A DNA stretch of 63,781 nucleotides, filler included, from Phoronis australis (lineage: Eukaryota > Animalia > Phoronida), in the NCBI GenBank assembly GCA_002633005.1. It is 5 parts of 5 records of this genome, joined end to end, with 100 filler letters (N's around TTAATTAATTAA, not from the genome) between each part and the next. Parts side by side here need not be neighbours in the genome. Positions count along the whole stretch, not along the records: positions 43,325 to 59,605 come from NMRA01000396.1; positions 59,706 to 62,221 come from NMRA01003636.1; positions 62,322 to 63,781 come from NMRA01002113.1; 2 more parts are not named here. One strand, 5' to 3'. The notes beneath the pieces are model-generated. The model was not told where the DNA came from, searched no databases, and was given only the letters and a program-made list of their open reading frames with translations. Of this stretch, positions 50,163 through 63,781 are shown one piece after another. How positions within the stretch are numbered: position 1 is the first letter of the stretch; each line of letters starts with the position of its first letter. Made by a program: the position numbers and the translations under genes.

Positions 50163-51804
50163 CTATAATGTAGACGAAGCCCAAATGCCAGTCATAATTT
50201 ATGTACATAATTTTTGTAATAAGAAATAATCATGAGTGTGTTTTCCAGGGAATGGTTATGAATAACGTTGTCTGTTTTTCTTTAAGTTACAAGCTAATTT
50301 CACGTTCCAAGGGCTTCGAGGTTAAGGCAACTGAGAATAGCCAAATAGGACCGGGTGTAGGTAGTGTAATGCTTCGTAAGCAAAAACTACGGAAGAGGCA
50401 ATATGTTTTACTTTAGATCACGAACCAGTTAGGAATGACTGAAAAATTATTATAAGGTCAGTTTCTGGAAAGGTGCGATGTGCCGCTACAAAGTGCCAAA
50501 TTTGGCCGAAAATGGCTTCAGTGAAAACCTTTAAAATGGCCGTTTTTTAACACAAAATCAAAGCATACAAATTTGAAAATGAATTTTGAAAGCTGTGCCA
50601 TTAATTTATTCAATAATTTTCCTTTCAAACCGTATCACTCCTTTGTTAACAGCTCACTTTACATGCTAGTAAAATGCATTCAAATATGTCTTCTTCGGCA
50701 CCCAGTTATGGAAAATGGAGGTGCAGGTCATAAAAATATAAAATTCTCAAAAGGGGTCTTCTGCATCCCACCAAATCAAACCCATGGTGCTAAGTCTCAA
50801 AAAACCTGTGACCTCGGGTGTAGACTCTTCCTGTTTGTTTTTATACGGAGTCACTCTTTATACCTTTACAATGGTTGCCAGCTCCTAACATGGCTACCAT
50901 CAAACCTAAAAATGGTGATTTAAGTGATTTGACCAACACACTGTATATCGGACGCCATGTGAACACTGTATAAGATTGAATGCTTTTTCAACTAGCTTAT
51001 TATGTAAAAACAAATATTGGACAAGCAACTGTACTCTTGTCCTGTTTTTTCTCAAAATTTCCAAGCAATAGCAAATGTCAATAGGAGACAATATCACGAG
51101 GTTGAAGTTCGGTTGCACACAGTAAATGGACTGAGAGAAGTAGTGGTGCGTTCATTCTTTAGGTCGACAAGAGACAATTAAGAAACTAAATAGTTTTTGA
51201 GTACTGCTTGAATTGGGCTGAAATGATCGAATCTGGGATTTTCCTAGTTGACATAAGGATCCTGCACAACCGAAATGCTTTGTCAAAATTTCCAGCTTAA
51301 CGAGCTGACTAAAGGGAAAGGATAATGCCTCATAACAGAAAGTCTGCATTTTTGTTTTTGTTTTGTTTTGTTTTTACCGTGGACTAATTTCAGTCTTGAT
51401 TGCTGTTCTTCTGGGCGTAATACCGTTTCCCTTGATGAGTGATGTCGAAAAAAATCAAATTTATCCGCAGGGTAAGTTTTAACTTTCATGAAAGTCAGGC
51501 TAGGTCCTCATTAAATACATGTATTTATACCAGTGACGGTAAAGTGACGCGCTTGGACAAAAAACATCCTGCATCTTGCTTCAATAGCGAATTCGTTTTT
51601 TCTGTTTGAAGGTAAATAAAGAAAGCAGAGGGGAAAATTCATTGTTGGGTTGGTTATGTCAATCCGTAGTTGTTGCATGCGTAGTTAAGAAGTTAAGAAC
51701 GACCGCCTAACACTGAGCTGCAGTTTTTCTCCACGGAATTGTATTTTACTAAGAAAAAACACAAAAAGCGTTCTCGGTGAGAAAAGTAATATAACGGAAA
51801 TTAA

Positions 51805-51870
51805 AAGTAGTGTGAAAGCGAACCCCTAACTCCGCAGTAGCAGCCGAGTACTCTACCGCTGAACCTACTG
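51805..51870 (-). repeat. tRNA-derived fragment (not a functional tRNA)
   Basis: Minus strand reads AGGTTCAGCGGTAGAGTACTCGGC..GGGGTTCGCTTTC, i.e. D-arm and T-arm-like boxes without an acceptor stem. Confidence 0.35.
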
Positions 51871-54800
51871 TATAACAAAAATTTACTTCACGCTTACATG
51901 TTTTTAAATCGTGCTCATTTGATACAAATCCGACTGTCGTCTTTTCTAACGGAATTTTGAGGCTCTAGCAATATTTATGTCGAGCGTTAAAGTGTGCAGG
52001 CGTATGCATCGATGATAACATTTCTTACCCTCACTTTGGCCATTCATCATTGACTTCACTGCACGCCGTAATTGACCGATCAATCGGCAAAATTTTATTT
52101 TGATTCAACAAAACTGAAGACCTGTCCTCTTTTTGATTGGCTGATACTTGGAACATCACACGTATTTAGGAAACACGTTGTTTAATCAAGTACATGTACG
52201 AATCCAAACATTCTTACCTTGAATTCCAGATGAGCGACTCAGATTAAAAGACACCTGCCGTGCATTCAGGTTCCCCATGGAAAGCAATGTGAACTAATGG
52301 GGCTACCATCATTGTAAATATTACATTAATAATAGTAATTCAGCGAATGCCTGACTATAATGAGCTATACCAGCTGTGATTGGCCAGTTTGCTGGCTATT
52401 GAAGCCGTTTCACTCCTCTCCTGGTATACAATGAATAGGTTATGGGTCTGACAAACAATGACGAGATTTGGCGATTTGCAATAACATCACAAAACACAAC
52501 GGATTTTGTAGTTTTTGATGTCTAGTCAAAGCAACCGGTAATTTTGTATACCATTCAACAGTAATTCTGAAATTGAATACTAGTGCGACCGTAGACACGA
52601 TATTATATAGTTGTCCCTTTCATGCAAAAATGTAGGAAAATGTGCCGTTAAATGCATGTATAGGCCCACGTTACGCGTCGATGTAAACTGTATTCTAAAA
52701 AGGAAATCTCTTCAAGCATCGTTTTTTCAACGAACGTCGCATTACAGATATTTCCCGTTGAGTTTCAATTGCAGACGTCTGTCTTTTCCATCGAGATTTC
52801 CTACCATGTCGCGGGCCTACACGTGAGTACCGTAGTGTCTCTACACTTGAAAAAAATGTTAGACCATATTTCGAACAGAAAATTGACTTCCAATCAACGA
52901 TTTCTATGCGACCTGTATTGCTATATTTAACAAAGACGCAACAAATTAAAACAATGGTAGCGTCCCAAAGATCCCCCAAGTTAAACAAAGGTTGCGAATG
53001 AGACCGAAGCTTTTACATGTGTTCATTTGTTTACCGAGATCTCACACCTTGCTCAAATACATTGATAGCTGAATGCCACCCTGTCGAGCTGGCTAAAAAC
53101 GAAAATCGGATTGGGCTTTTGACTTTCATAATATCTGTCTCTTAATATTCCTTATCGTAATAGAAATTAAGCTCTGTTACCAACAAGAACATTGATGTCA
53201 TCAGCGACTACGCATTGTTTAGCATATAAACTTATGTTAGGATAACTTATCTTGCATAGGCAATTAGGTCAACACGAAAGGGCGAACTTAAAACTTCAAG
53301 AAATGAAATAACCGATAATAAATTTTTCTGTTGATGCAATACAATTATATTTCTGTAATTAAGGCCATAGATACATCAAACAAAACACATCATGTACTTT
53401 TTGATGCACGTGTCTTGTTCCCACGAAGTTGAAAGTTTGTGAAAACACATTTACAAAGCTTAAAACAAGATGTTTGTTATCATTTGTTGACATCAGTTTA
53501 TTGAATTTAAATAAAGGAGAGTGTTTACTGTCAATATACCACTCCCAGTCCATTGCGTGTATTGTAACTAAAAAGGTAACTGCATTCGTCATCCATAATA
53601 TTGGGATAGAAGGGTTAAAATCTGTCTGCTCGGACAATGTCTAAGTGTCCGTCAAGTCTACATGTTCTCGTGAACAAATTGTGATGTGAAGTGTATCGTG
53701 CAACATTATCTGTACAGGGCTTATACTTAGACTGAGATAGTTTTCCATTCCGAATTCAACCTTAAATCGTTTACGAAATTAGATTTACGAATTAATGACT
53801 ATTATACTTTGTCGCCAACCTTTTAAATAAGAAATCGTTGTTATTTGACGCACTTCGAGAAGAAGGTGAGGATCTTGAAAGCAAGCTGGACTACAAAGTA
53901 GATGTTATGATAACGGGAGACGCTTACATGTACCTCGGGGTTAACATGTAAGAGTAGCAGGCAGATACTGTACAAAAAGTTAAACACTCTTAAAAACCAG
54001 TTAGAAATCATTCTTACACTCGGATGCCATTAGCAATGAAAGGGTCCACCGACTGCGTATACATGTACCAATAGCAGTAGTATTTATTTCCACCAAATAG
54101 CTATACAAGGTAACAATAGTAAACGTAAACTTATTCCATTATAGTACATGCCAAGGAAACTCCTTAAGGCAAAGAAGCCGCTGGCATGAGACCACCTTCT
54201 AAAGTATAAATGTGACTATAACTGAGATACAGAATATAATATTATACACTTTATGAATTTTCTAAATGACTAAAAGTGCTTGGAGAATAGCTAACGTACT
54301 AAATGGGCTTTGAAAAGTGAAAAATGGGGATAATGGGTCCTACTGATTGAAGGATAAAACTTGATTGAGGGATATCTTCTGACATGGGCATATTTTGACA
54401 ACAACTTTACATCTGAATATGGCTCCAAGTACAGGGAAATTACTACCAACAGAGCCACAGACAAGCTCCATGCTTATGGTGAAAATGTTGTTGAATATCG
54501 ACCTCGACGCCTCTCTACGAGATATGATGTACAACACACAGGCCAGGGCCTAGGAGAAGAAATTCAAATAGCGATCTAGGACATTCACTCAAAAAAGCAA
54601 AAGGAGGTCGCAACTCTTGAAGTATCGGTGTATTTGAAAAAGACTGTTTAGTCAAGTCTTTTGCTCGCATGTTAAGTCTGCTTTCCATCATGGTGTTATT
54701 TTTAGTTTTTTTTTATGGCACTTTTTCCGCTTCATTTTTGTTAAAAACTTCATAAATGGATATCTACGCAAATCAATTCATTGAAACTTTTGAAGCCCAT

Positions 54801-56609
54801 TAGCATGACATCGACATTTTTTTTTCAAAATGAACTGATTTTGATATAGGTTTTTGTTGAATACTCAATTTCCGTGTGGCGCACTAACAAAATGGCAACC
54901 GAAGTGATTGACAATAAGACATCTAATTGTTGAACATGCGAGTTCAAAATGAATGGCATGCGTCGGAGGACCGGAGAGGTCGTTTTGTGGTCGAAAAGCC
55001 GGCGAAAAATGTCAACGAATACACTATCGCTCCAGCATGAAATTTCTGTTAGAGATCAGCTTTGGCGATCTATGCTGGCAGTCACACGTTCGCAGTTAGC
55101 AAAGATTTTGCTGGATTGGTAAATCATCTTGGCTTTGATCATAACGTTTGACTATTTTCGACCAGTCCCCATGTCACAGAGGAAGTGTAGCTGCTGAGTT
55201 CAGCTTAAGCTCGGGCACTGAACATTAACTGCTTTGGTGAGTAATAAAGCCTATTTTGGTCATAATGTTAAATATCAGAGGTAACGTAAAGATGTTCTAA
55301 GAATTCCTATTTTCGGCATCTTTTCACATTTTTGGTACTTCAATATAACTCCTGTGGCATTTATGCAAAAGATTGCTCAATGTAATTAAACATATCACCA
55401 TGGACTTTACAATGGTGCCACTTAGAAGATCAAGAGACGACTTACTTGGTTCACGAAAACATGTACCCTCGATCAAGGCCACCGTTTCTGAAGGCATGTT
55501 TGCAGAAATCTTCATTTTTGGGAAGCAGTTATTGAATTAAATTAAATTTTAGAACTTTTAATTCAATTAAATTACATTTTAGAACTTTTAGTACTATTTA
55601 ATGTGCCTTTCTTCCTTTCTGAAATTCTCCAATAAGTGATTTATTCAGATTAATTAGGCCACCGACCCATTTATACATTAATAAACACCCAAGTACAGCC
55701 ATTGGAATGCTATATGTTTTGTCGAGGATCCACATACAAAGGGCATACTAATATGAGTTGTCATTCACTCGCAATAACTCTCATCTCACAACAAGGGCAA
55801 AATCGTGAAATGACCAACTGTCTTTCCAAGTACAGAAATAACCTCTAATTTGACTGAAACGTGGTCTAAATCAAACCCTGTTTGTGTAATGGGTTTATAG
55901 CGGGTTTATAGCTGCTTAACTAATGCCAAGAAAGTTTGCAACACACGATATTAAAGATGTACACAGACAGCTTTGTATCCCAAGAATCGACGTTGACGGC
56001 ATACATGCAAGTCTTAAAAAGTCACCTTTAGTGTTGGTCTGAATCTGATGAAATTATCGGCTATCAAATCGTCACAAACAAGACAAGTCTTGAGATCCAA
56101 ACATGGTCAGCACCAAAATTCGATATTTAATGATGCTACGCAGTAGGTCTCATTAAAATATTGCTTAGTAGCCACATGCAGGAACATGTATCTACACTAC
56201 ATGTACCTTAGTAAACATTTCATGAAATGAAATGTCTAAAATATGATCGCAATATACGATCTCTAGGGTGTGAAAACGATTCAATCTCTCAAAGCACGTT
56301 TCATGAAAATTTTTCTGCCTAAATGTAGACCGAAAGTGGTCAAATAATGACCAGAATGTCTTAGCCTCGTTTCATGGAATTCCTAAAACTTTTCACACCA
56401 CGGTCATAAATGCTTGAATTCGATTACCAACAATATTGGTACGATATTTCTTCTTTAATTTGTGAATTTGGAATCAACAACTCAATGGAATAATTTTAGA
56501 ATATTTGACGTCATCGGTGGAACTCCGCCATTGTGTTGTTCTATATCATTCTGCCGTGAGCCGGGGTGGTCTCAAAAACAGTATGTTGAATATTGCCGTG
56601 GACGAGTAA

Positions 56610-56820
56610 TGTGAAAAGGTGCGTGTGCGGAGGATGCGGTAACAGCAATCCGATAGTCAATATTTCATGTTTGTGTTTCTATAAGACCCCAAGATAGCCC
56701 AGTGGGCACAGGTTAGTGCGCCGGACAAGAGCATGGGAGTACACTGTGGAGCAAGCGATCAGCTCTGGGGCCACGCTGAGCTCAGCCTATTTTGAAAAAT
56801 CGAGCTTCGACCGTTACAGA
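56610..56820 (+). pseudogene. Degenerate THAP-domain coding relic
   Basis: KRCVCGGCGNSN.. then, after frameshifts, VRRTRAW..LSSAYFEKSSF (decayed LCSxHFExxxF). Confidence 0.55.
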
Positions 56821-58572
56821 TATTTGATAAAGGTTTATCCAACGTGTAAGTGGACCAAAATAATTGACCAACGGTACAAGTCTTTCATGATTTTGTAACG
56901 GACAGAAACGAGTGTTTTACCGGAAATAAAACCCTGTTAGCATCGCATTAAATAAATGTGATCGTTCCTGTCAAATGCACTCAGAAATGAAGTGAATGTG
57001 ACCCCTATTCGCGGTTGAGCTTTTACAGTCAAGGTAGTAAAAAGTTCTGTTATGGATTTTCAGTACCTATGGCCAGAGTGTCATCACCCCCATCCCCTGT
57101 TTTCATAATACTCGCCAAGCTCGTTCACTAAGTTTTCGTAACTGTCAAAATATATATGTACATATGCTGTAAATTGATTAACGTCTTCAACTGTTGACAT
57201 TATGTGGAGGGAAACCAAAATTAATTATGTTTTCTTTCATATTCCAAATTCTTTTAGATTTCCCAAAATAAGTGTTTATTATTTTATGCTATAAAATTGT
57301 TATAGATGGTCTAAAAGCAAAAAGTGCAAAGACCCATTGTTTGCAAAAAGGACTACTTTCCTTAAAGGTATGGGTTAATGTACTTTTTCCTTAGGTAAGA
57401 GGTAATTCTGTAATTACTTTGGGAAAATACAAGAAATTGTTGATTAGTCACTTGACCCGCTTTGCTCATATATTCCTGGTGTAGCAAATGTGACAGCGCA
57501 AATTGCGCGTTTGTGTCGTTAGCGCAATTACAACGCTTACGCTGGACGCGCGTCCCGTAAAAGCAGCAAACAATTTTGAACTTTGGCAAATGTTCACCTG
57601 TTGAAAACTGGAAAACTGATTTTTACTACGTGGTTAACACGTTTGGATAGATATAATATGCATAGTTACTGGAAGACTCCATGATTTTAACCGCTGAAAC
57701 TTTAGGTTACACACCTATTTGGACAGTCGGCATAATGAAATCCCAGCCTTTTTAAAGAGATAGAGCGACTGTAAGGTACATGTACATGTATGATGTAGCA
57801 TGGGTCGTGAGAAGAGTGAAAAAGACGTTTTCACTATGACAATACTTTATTGACAATTGACTTTCTCCAGTCTACTAACGATATGTACCAATGCCAATAC
57901 GTCGGATAACGTGCACACGAGTCACATTTCACAAAGTTTAACCTGTTTTTCACAACTTATGCGCTAATCAATTCTAGCAAATTCGGTCATATAAGGTAAA
58001 TGCAGCTGCAGAGAGCACCAGAAATGCTGAACAAACTGATATGTTACATCTCCTTTTTAAAAATATGAAAAAACACTAAACATAAACTGACAATTACTAA
58101 ACACGTTAAACAAACACTCACGCAAATTTCACTCAACAGACAATTAACAAACCGTTAAATCATCTAAGCATTATAACAATTTCACCTTAAGAACACTTTC
58201 ATTTCAACTACGCAAAGATAACTGACTTTCACGTTGCGTCGTAAATCTACTCAGGACTCGGTATCTAAAATTTCTACTCGATCTTTAAGTTATTTTTGAC
58301 ATTTTCAAGACTTTTCCAAACTCAAGATGATTGTCATATTATTCTGTGCTCGCGCCAGTACATTATGATTCACTCAATGATAACACCATAAAAACTGTTA
58401 ATCCCAGTATGCAATCAAAATCTCGATTTTTTCTCGCAATTAATCAAATTTCTAGTTGATTTAGTTGGGGCCATCAAGCGCGAACTGGCATAAAAATCTC
58501 AATCATGTAAACCATAAAGTAACTGGATACAGAATAACAACAATACGGTAGACACGAGCAGTGGGCCAACAG

Positions 58573-59605
58573 AAACTGTAAACGAGAATCTGGTGGGCTC
58601 GATATGGATAGACCAGTACCATGTGCAAACGAGAAACTGGTGGGCACGAGTGATAGACCAGTACAAAGTGCAAACGAGAAACTGGTTGGCACGAGCGATA
58701 AACCAGTTCAAAGTGCAAAAGAGAAACTGGTGGGCACGAGTGATAGACTAGTACAAAGTGCAAACGAGAAACTGATTGGCACGAGTGATAGACCCGTACA
58801 AACTGCAAACGAGAAACTGGTGGGCATGAGTGATAGACTAGAAAAAAGTGCAAACGAGAAACTGGTTGGCACGAGTGATAGACTAGTAAAAAGTGCAAAC
58901 GAGAAACTGGTTGGCACGAGTGATAGATCACTACAAAGTGCAAACGAGAAACTGGTGGGCACGAGTGATAGATTAGTAAAAAGTGCAAACGAGAGGCTGG
59001 TTGGCACGAGTGATAGACCAGTACAAAGTGCAAAAGAAGGAACTGGTGGGCGCGAGTGATAGACTAGTACAAAATGCAAACGAGTAACTGGTTGGCAAGA
59101 GTGATAGACCAGTAAGAATGCAAACAAGATACTGGTGGGCACGAGTGATAGACTAGTAAAAAGTGCAAACGAGAAACTGCTTGGCACGAGTGATCAACCA
59201 GTACAAAGTGAAAAAGAGAAACTGGTGGGCACCAGTGATAGACTAGTAAAAAGTGCAAACAAGAAACTGGTGGGCACGAGTGATAGACTAGTAGAAAGTA
59301 CAAACGAGAAACTGGTTAGCACGAGTGATAGATCCCTACAAAGTGCAAACGAGAAACTGGTGGGCACGAGTGATAGACTAGTACAAAGTGCAAACGAGTA
59401 AGTGGTTGGCACGAGTGATAGACCAGTAAAAATGCAAACAAGAAATTGGTGGGCACGAGTGATAGACCATTACAAAGTGCAATCAAGAAACTGGTGGGCA
59501 CGAGTGATAGACCAGTACAAAGTGCAAACGAGAAACTGGTGGGCACGAGTGATAGACCAGTACAAAGTGCAAACAAGAAACTGGTGGGCACGAGTGATAG
59601 ACCAG
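58573..59605. repeat. 45-bp tandem minisatellite, ~23 copies, runs into a gap
   Basis: Unit GAGAAACTGGTGGGCACGAGTGATAGACCAGTACAAAGTGCAAAC. Confidence 0.97.
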
Positions 59606-59705
59606 NNNNNNNNNNNNNNNNNNNNNNNNNNNNNNNNNNNNNNNNNNNNTTAATTAATTAANNNNNNNNNNNNNNNNNNNNNNNNNNNNNNNNNNNNNNN
59701 NNNNN
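59606..59705. other. Assembly gap with artificial spacer
   Basis: N run with central TTAATTAATTAA. Confidence 0.97.
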
Positions 59706-60461
59706 GTGTATACATCATACTAAGTGAGTCAGTGTGTATACATCATACTAAGTGAGTCAGTGTGTATACATCACACTAAGTGAGTCAGTGTGCACACATC
59801 ATACTAAGTAAGTCAGTGTGCACACATCACACTAAGTAAGTCAGTTTGTATACATCATACTCAGTGAGTCAGTGTGTATACATCATACTAAGTGAGTCAG
59901 TGTGCATACATCATACTAAGTAAGTCAGTGTGCATACATCATACTAAGTGAGTCAGTGCGTATACATCAAACTAAGTGACTCAGTGTTTATACATCATAC
60001 TAAGTGAGTCAGTGTGCATACATCATACTAAGTGAGTCAGTGAGTATATATCATACTAAGTGAGTCAATGTGTAAACCTCATACTAAGTGAGTCAGTGTG
60101 TATACTACACACTAAGAGAGTCAGTGTGTATACATCATACTAAGTGGGTAAGTGTGTATACATCATACTAAGTGAGTCAGTGTGTATACATCATACTAAG
60201 TGAGTCAGTGAGTATATATCATACTAAGTGAGTCAATGTGTAAACCTCATACTAAGTGAGTCAGTNTGTGTATACTACATACTAAGAGAGTCAGTGTGTA
60301 TACATCATACTAAGTGGGTAAGTGTGCATACATCATACTAAGTAAGTCAGTGTGTATACATCATACTAAGTAAGTCAGTGTGTATACATCACACTAAGTG
60401 AGTCAGTGTGTATACATCATACTAAGTGAGTCAGTGTGCATACATCATACTAAGTAAGTCA
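59706..60461. repeat. 28-bp tandem minisatellite, ~27 copies
   Basis: Unit GTGTATACATCATACTAAGTGAGTCAGT. Confidence 0.97.
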
Positions 60462-61687
60462 CCGTTAACTTTTTCATCGTGTGCGTGCGATTACCCCTAA
60501 ATGAGTCACGTGAGTTAGACAAATGCTAGCATGAGACTGCGTGTACAAAGCGCCTGACACTAGCGCTTGACGTGAACTAGCATGGGTAGATATCCAGGTG
60601 AAATTCGTAAGATATGTGTCCCTTAGTTTTGTTCGTCGACAAGCCTGATTTCACGTAGCTTCCTCCAAATGGCACCTGGATGAGAGGAACTCGAGCGAAA
60701 CTTTGATAGATTTTTATGAATATGTTGAAGTAGTGTTGACTAAATTGTATCCAGAGTCATGGTATGTGTTAAATATAAGTCCATGCATAATGCAAGTTTC
60801 ATTCGATTTATTTGCTCTATTTTGAAATGAGTAACTTTTAAGGGGATGTACTATCATGGCAGCCTTCATCCGAGGGCCTACGTGTTCCCTACCCACTTCA
60901 TGGCCAGCCTTTGAAGATTAGGTACACATCTCTGCTGTGGGTTATAGCATTGAACAAGGCTTGTTTGGCGTATATAAGGTTTGTATCTAGTTCTTTGATA
61001 CTGAGTGGTATAGGCTGAGCAAATAAACACTGTAGTCTCGATATAAAAAACTGACGTAAGCTGATTCGGCTACACTTTATTTAAGTTTTCTCATTTGCAA
61101 GATTTAAATATGGTTTGTGCTCAAAACTACAATACAGATACCACTGACTAATCATGCATGTTACAATACAGATACAACTAAACAGTCATGTTACAAAACA
61201 GATGCAACTAAAATGCATGTTATTTTAATTATTAAAGGATGAAAAATGAAGTCAACACTTAGCACTTCTTTTCATAAGTGTAGCAATTTGGATTTCATTG
61301 ACTTTCAGGTTACAATGATGTGAAATAAAAATCAAAAAATATTGAACTTTCATTTTGGTTTTTCAATTATTTGCAATTCTTTCACCAAATTCACAGCTTC
61401 AAGACATGTTGACTGACAATTAGAACCAGACAGTGATTGCAACATGAATACAAGTTACGATGCCACGTTGTCAACTTGAGCTCAAATTCGAGCAGATGTT
61501 CTAGTTGACTGAATTGGAAAATACACCAAGGAAATAAGGCAAAGTTTCAGTTTTCAAAGTAACCATTGATGCTCCATTCTGTACTAAATTTTAATTAGTT
61601 TCAGTACTAAAATTGTTGACTTTTGCTTTGGTTTTCAGTAAAACAGCGACACCAGAGATCGGTGGCCAAACATACTAATTACTGTAC

Positions 61688-61817
61688 CTTGTACACACAG
61701 TGCAGAACAGAGGGATGTATTGTTGAAGTTCCACTGGGAGGGTGTTGATGTTTGCGAGAGCTCTGAAATAGGTCACTCCATTGGTTGGTTGTTCATTTAG
61801 TTGTATAGGGACTTTAT
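61688..61817 (-). CDS. PITRM1: Single internal exon of mitochondrial presequence protease (peptidase M16C)
   Basis: DKVPIQLNEQPTNGVTYFRALANINTLPVELQQYIPLFCTVCT matches the PITRM1 QPTNGxxYFR..NTLPxELxxYxPLF segment; flanked by ttttttttcag acceptor and AAG|gtacag donor. Confidence 0.85.
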
Positions 61818-62221
61818 CTGAAAAAAAAAGCTTGCTATTAACTGTGACCAAATTTGCATGAAAAAAGAAAATTAGCAGCTGAACCAGGGCACACAAAGAC
61901 AAGCAAATAATTATGAATTTACAAGCACAGCTCAGCCATTACAATCACAGAAAAGGCAAGTGGAAGCAATTCACAGTAACTTATTACAATAATGGATGAG
62001 CAAGTAGACATCTGTAAAAAGTATAAAAGCCACGTCATATTAACTTAACTCTAGTATGAGCGGAGCGTTGATGTGAACATTGAAGTTAATTGAACCATAT
62101 ATACCAGCTTCAGTAGTTAATTGAAGTTAACGGTAGGTGGCACCCTCATCATCAAAGTTGTTGCAAGGTAGCACTGAAGAATTCCATCACACTAAGATTT
62201 CTATAATTTGACAATTTGAGA

Positions 62222-62321
62222 NNNNNNNNNNNNNNNNNNNNNNNNNNNNNNNNNNNNNNNNNNNNTTAATTAATTAANNNNNNNNNNNNNNNNNNNNNNN
62301 NNNNNNNNNNNNNNNNNNNNN
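62222..62321. other. Assembly gap with artificial spacer
   Basis: N run with central TTAATTAATTAA. Confidence 0.97.
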
Positions 62322-63781
62322 ATCTATTGTCAGGCCCAAGTACCTATGTATAACGGTCACCTCGTGAGTCAGAATGGTACCTGGAAACAGATACAGTTCG
62401 TGAACATATAACATAAACACGTGTGATAAAATTGGCAACGAGTAGATTTATATATCATCACGGGGCGCTGGGACGAAAAATTCTACTCAAACCTCGCTAT
62501 GTACGTTTCAGTGCAAGATATTTCCATAGAAGGCAAACAAAAACCAGAACACCTGAGCAGACTATAGGAAAATTGTTTTCCAGAAATGGAACAAAACGTT
62601 ACAAAAAATATCATCTTATATTTCATAGCAATCAACTTTTTTGCTATTCCTTTGATATTTACACCGACTAAGGTATTCTGGTACAACTGAGCGATTAAAG
62701 ACGATGTGCGAAAAAATGAAGACTGTTTATATGGGCGGCACACCACTGGAAATGGGGGCTAAAGCCCCACCCCCACCCAATCTGTGGTACACCACCCTTA
62801 GACCCTGGGTAGCGCAGCACTGAGAAAAGTGTGGCTCATATTCCCGAGCCTCTATGGTGCGCCGCCCGTGACATGTAAAAGGGGGAAGATGTTTGTCCAC
62901 AAATTTATTGACGTACATGCATAACAGTAAAGCTATCCTGGTGTTGGCGCATGCTCTGCTTAAAAGGACTACGACCAAAGTATGCATTTTGGAATTATTG
63001 ATTGGCGAGATAGACTTCACGAAGTTATGAGACTGGAGCAGACCTACAAAACACAGAAAGTCATTTTTGTAATTAGATACGCTTTTGAAAAAGTTTTATG
63101 ATGTTGATCAAAAGGGATTTAGCTCCGCCAACAGAGCGTTAAAAGGTTGGGAGTACAAGAGTTGCAGGTTTGATTCCACGCTGAAGCTGATATCAAGCAG
63201 AAAACTACTTTCCCGCCGATTAAAACCACGGCGTCGAATTGCCTCATGGGGCTCTTTCTATTTCCCTGTCCATTACTTTACTCACAGCGTCAGCCATTTG
63301 ACGCGCCTTAGCATTCGACACATTTAAGAAATAATTATTCATTAAAACAATTGACAACATCAACAACAACAGCAAAAGTAATGTACATTTCAGTCAACAC
63401 CCGTACAAGATAGATGTGCAATGTGTTTGATCAAAACGAGACTTCTTATTGGTATATCTTACCGATTTTATGAAGGCCGACATATTCTAGACGAATTTCA
63501 CCTAAACCAATACCTTGGTTTTGCGTGGGTGATAAAGAAGGAGTTTTTCCGAAGAACAGGTACATAGATGTACATGTACATGTAGTCCCAGTTAAAACAC
63601 ATTGAAAGATGATATACCAAGATAAAGGTTTTCCTGTAAACAGGCCAGCCTGTGGACTCGATCAGATTGATTGAGAACTGGACATTTTGTGGATACAGGA
63701 AAAGACAGATTTGCATGCGTGTTCAAAATCGTTGTCCACGCCTCGCGACAGTATTGTATACTTATGTAGATATTTAGGGAA

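Noticed and set aside
54361-54579. 72-aa ORF with protein-like composition
   Set aside because: Non-ATG start, no domain confidently recognised, no splice partners found.
58573-60461. CRISPR-like periodicity (28- and 45-bp units)
   Set aside because: Units are directly adjacent with no unique spacers, no cas genes, eukaryotic context.

Overview
Repeat-rich, AT-rich draft-assembly DNA from an intron-containing eukaryote, most consistent with an invertebrate animal (species not determinable). Four 100-bp scaffold gaps carry an artificial TTAATTAATTAA spacer. Genes reconstructed by hand from GT-AG sites and reading phase: (1) a two-exon C2CD4-like C2-domain gene on the minus strand (11280..2873) whose intron holds LINE and BEL/Pao relics; (2) a multi-exon coiled-coil/SAM-domain gene on the minus strand (at least 26394..22198, 5' end unresolved); (3) head-to-head with it, a 9-exon, 496-aa gene on the plus strand (28056..39578) encoding two tandem CBM4/9(CBM22)-like carbohydrate-binding modules fused to a C-terminal TIR domain, with no visible signal peptide or transmembrane helix; (4) one isolated PITRM1 exon. 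Gene 3, a candidate cytosolic glycan-sensing TIR receptor, is the most interesting object and is fragmented in the ORF track. The remainder is transposon debris (RTE, LOA/R1-like, BEL/Pao, Gypsy, Tc1/mariner, hAT, THAP relics, MITEs), a dispersed repeat with an internal tRNA-like module, and 45-bp and 28-bp tandem arrays. All family assignments come from motif recognition by eye; no database search was run.
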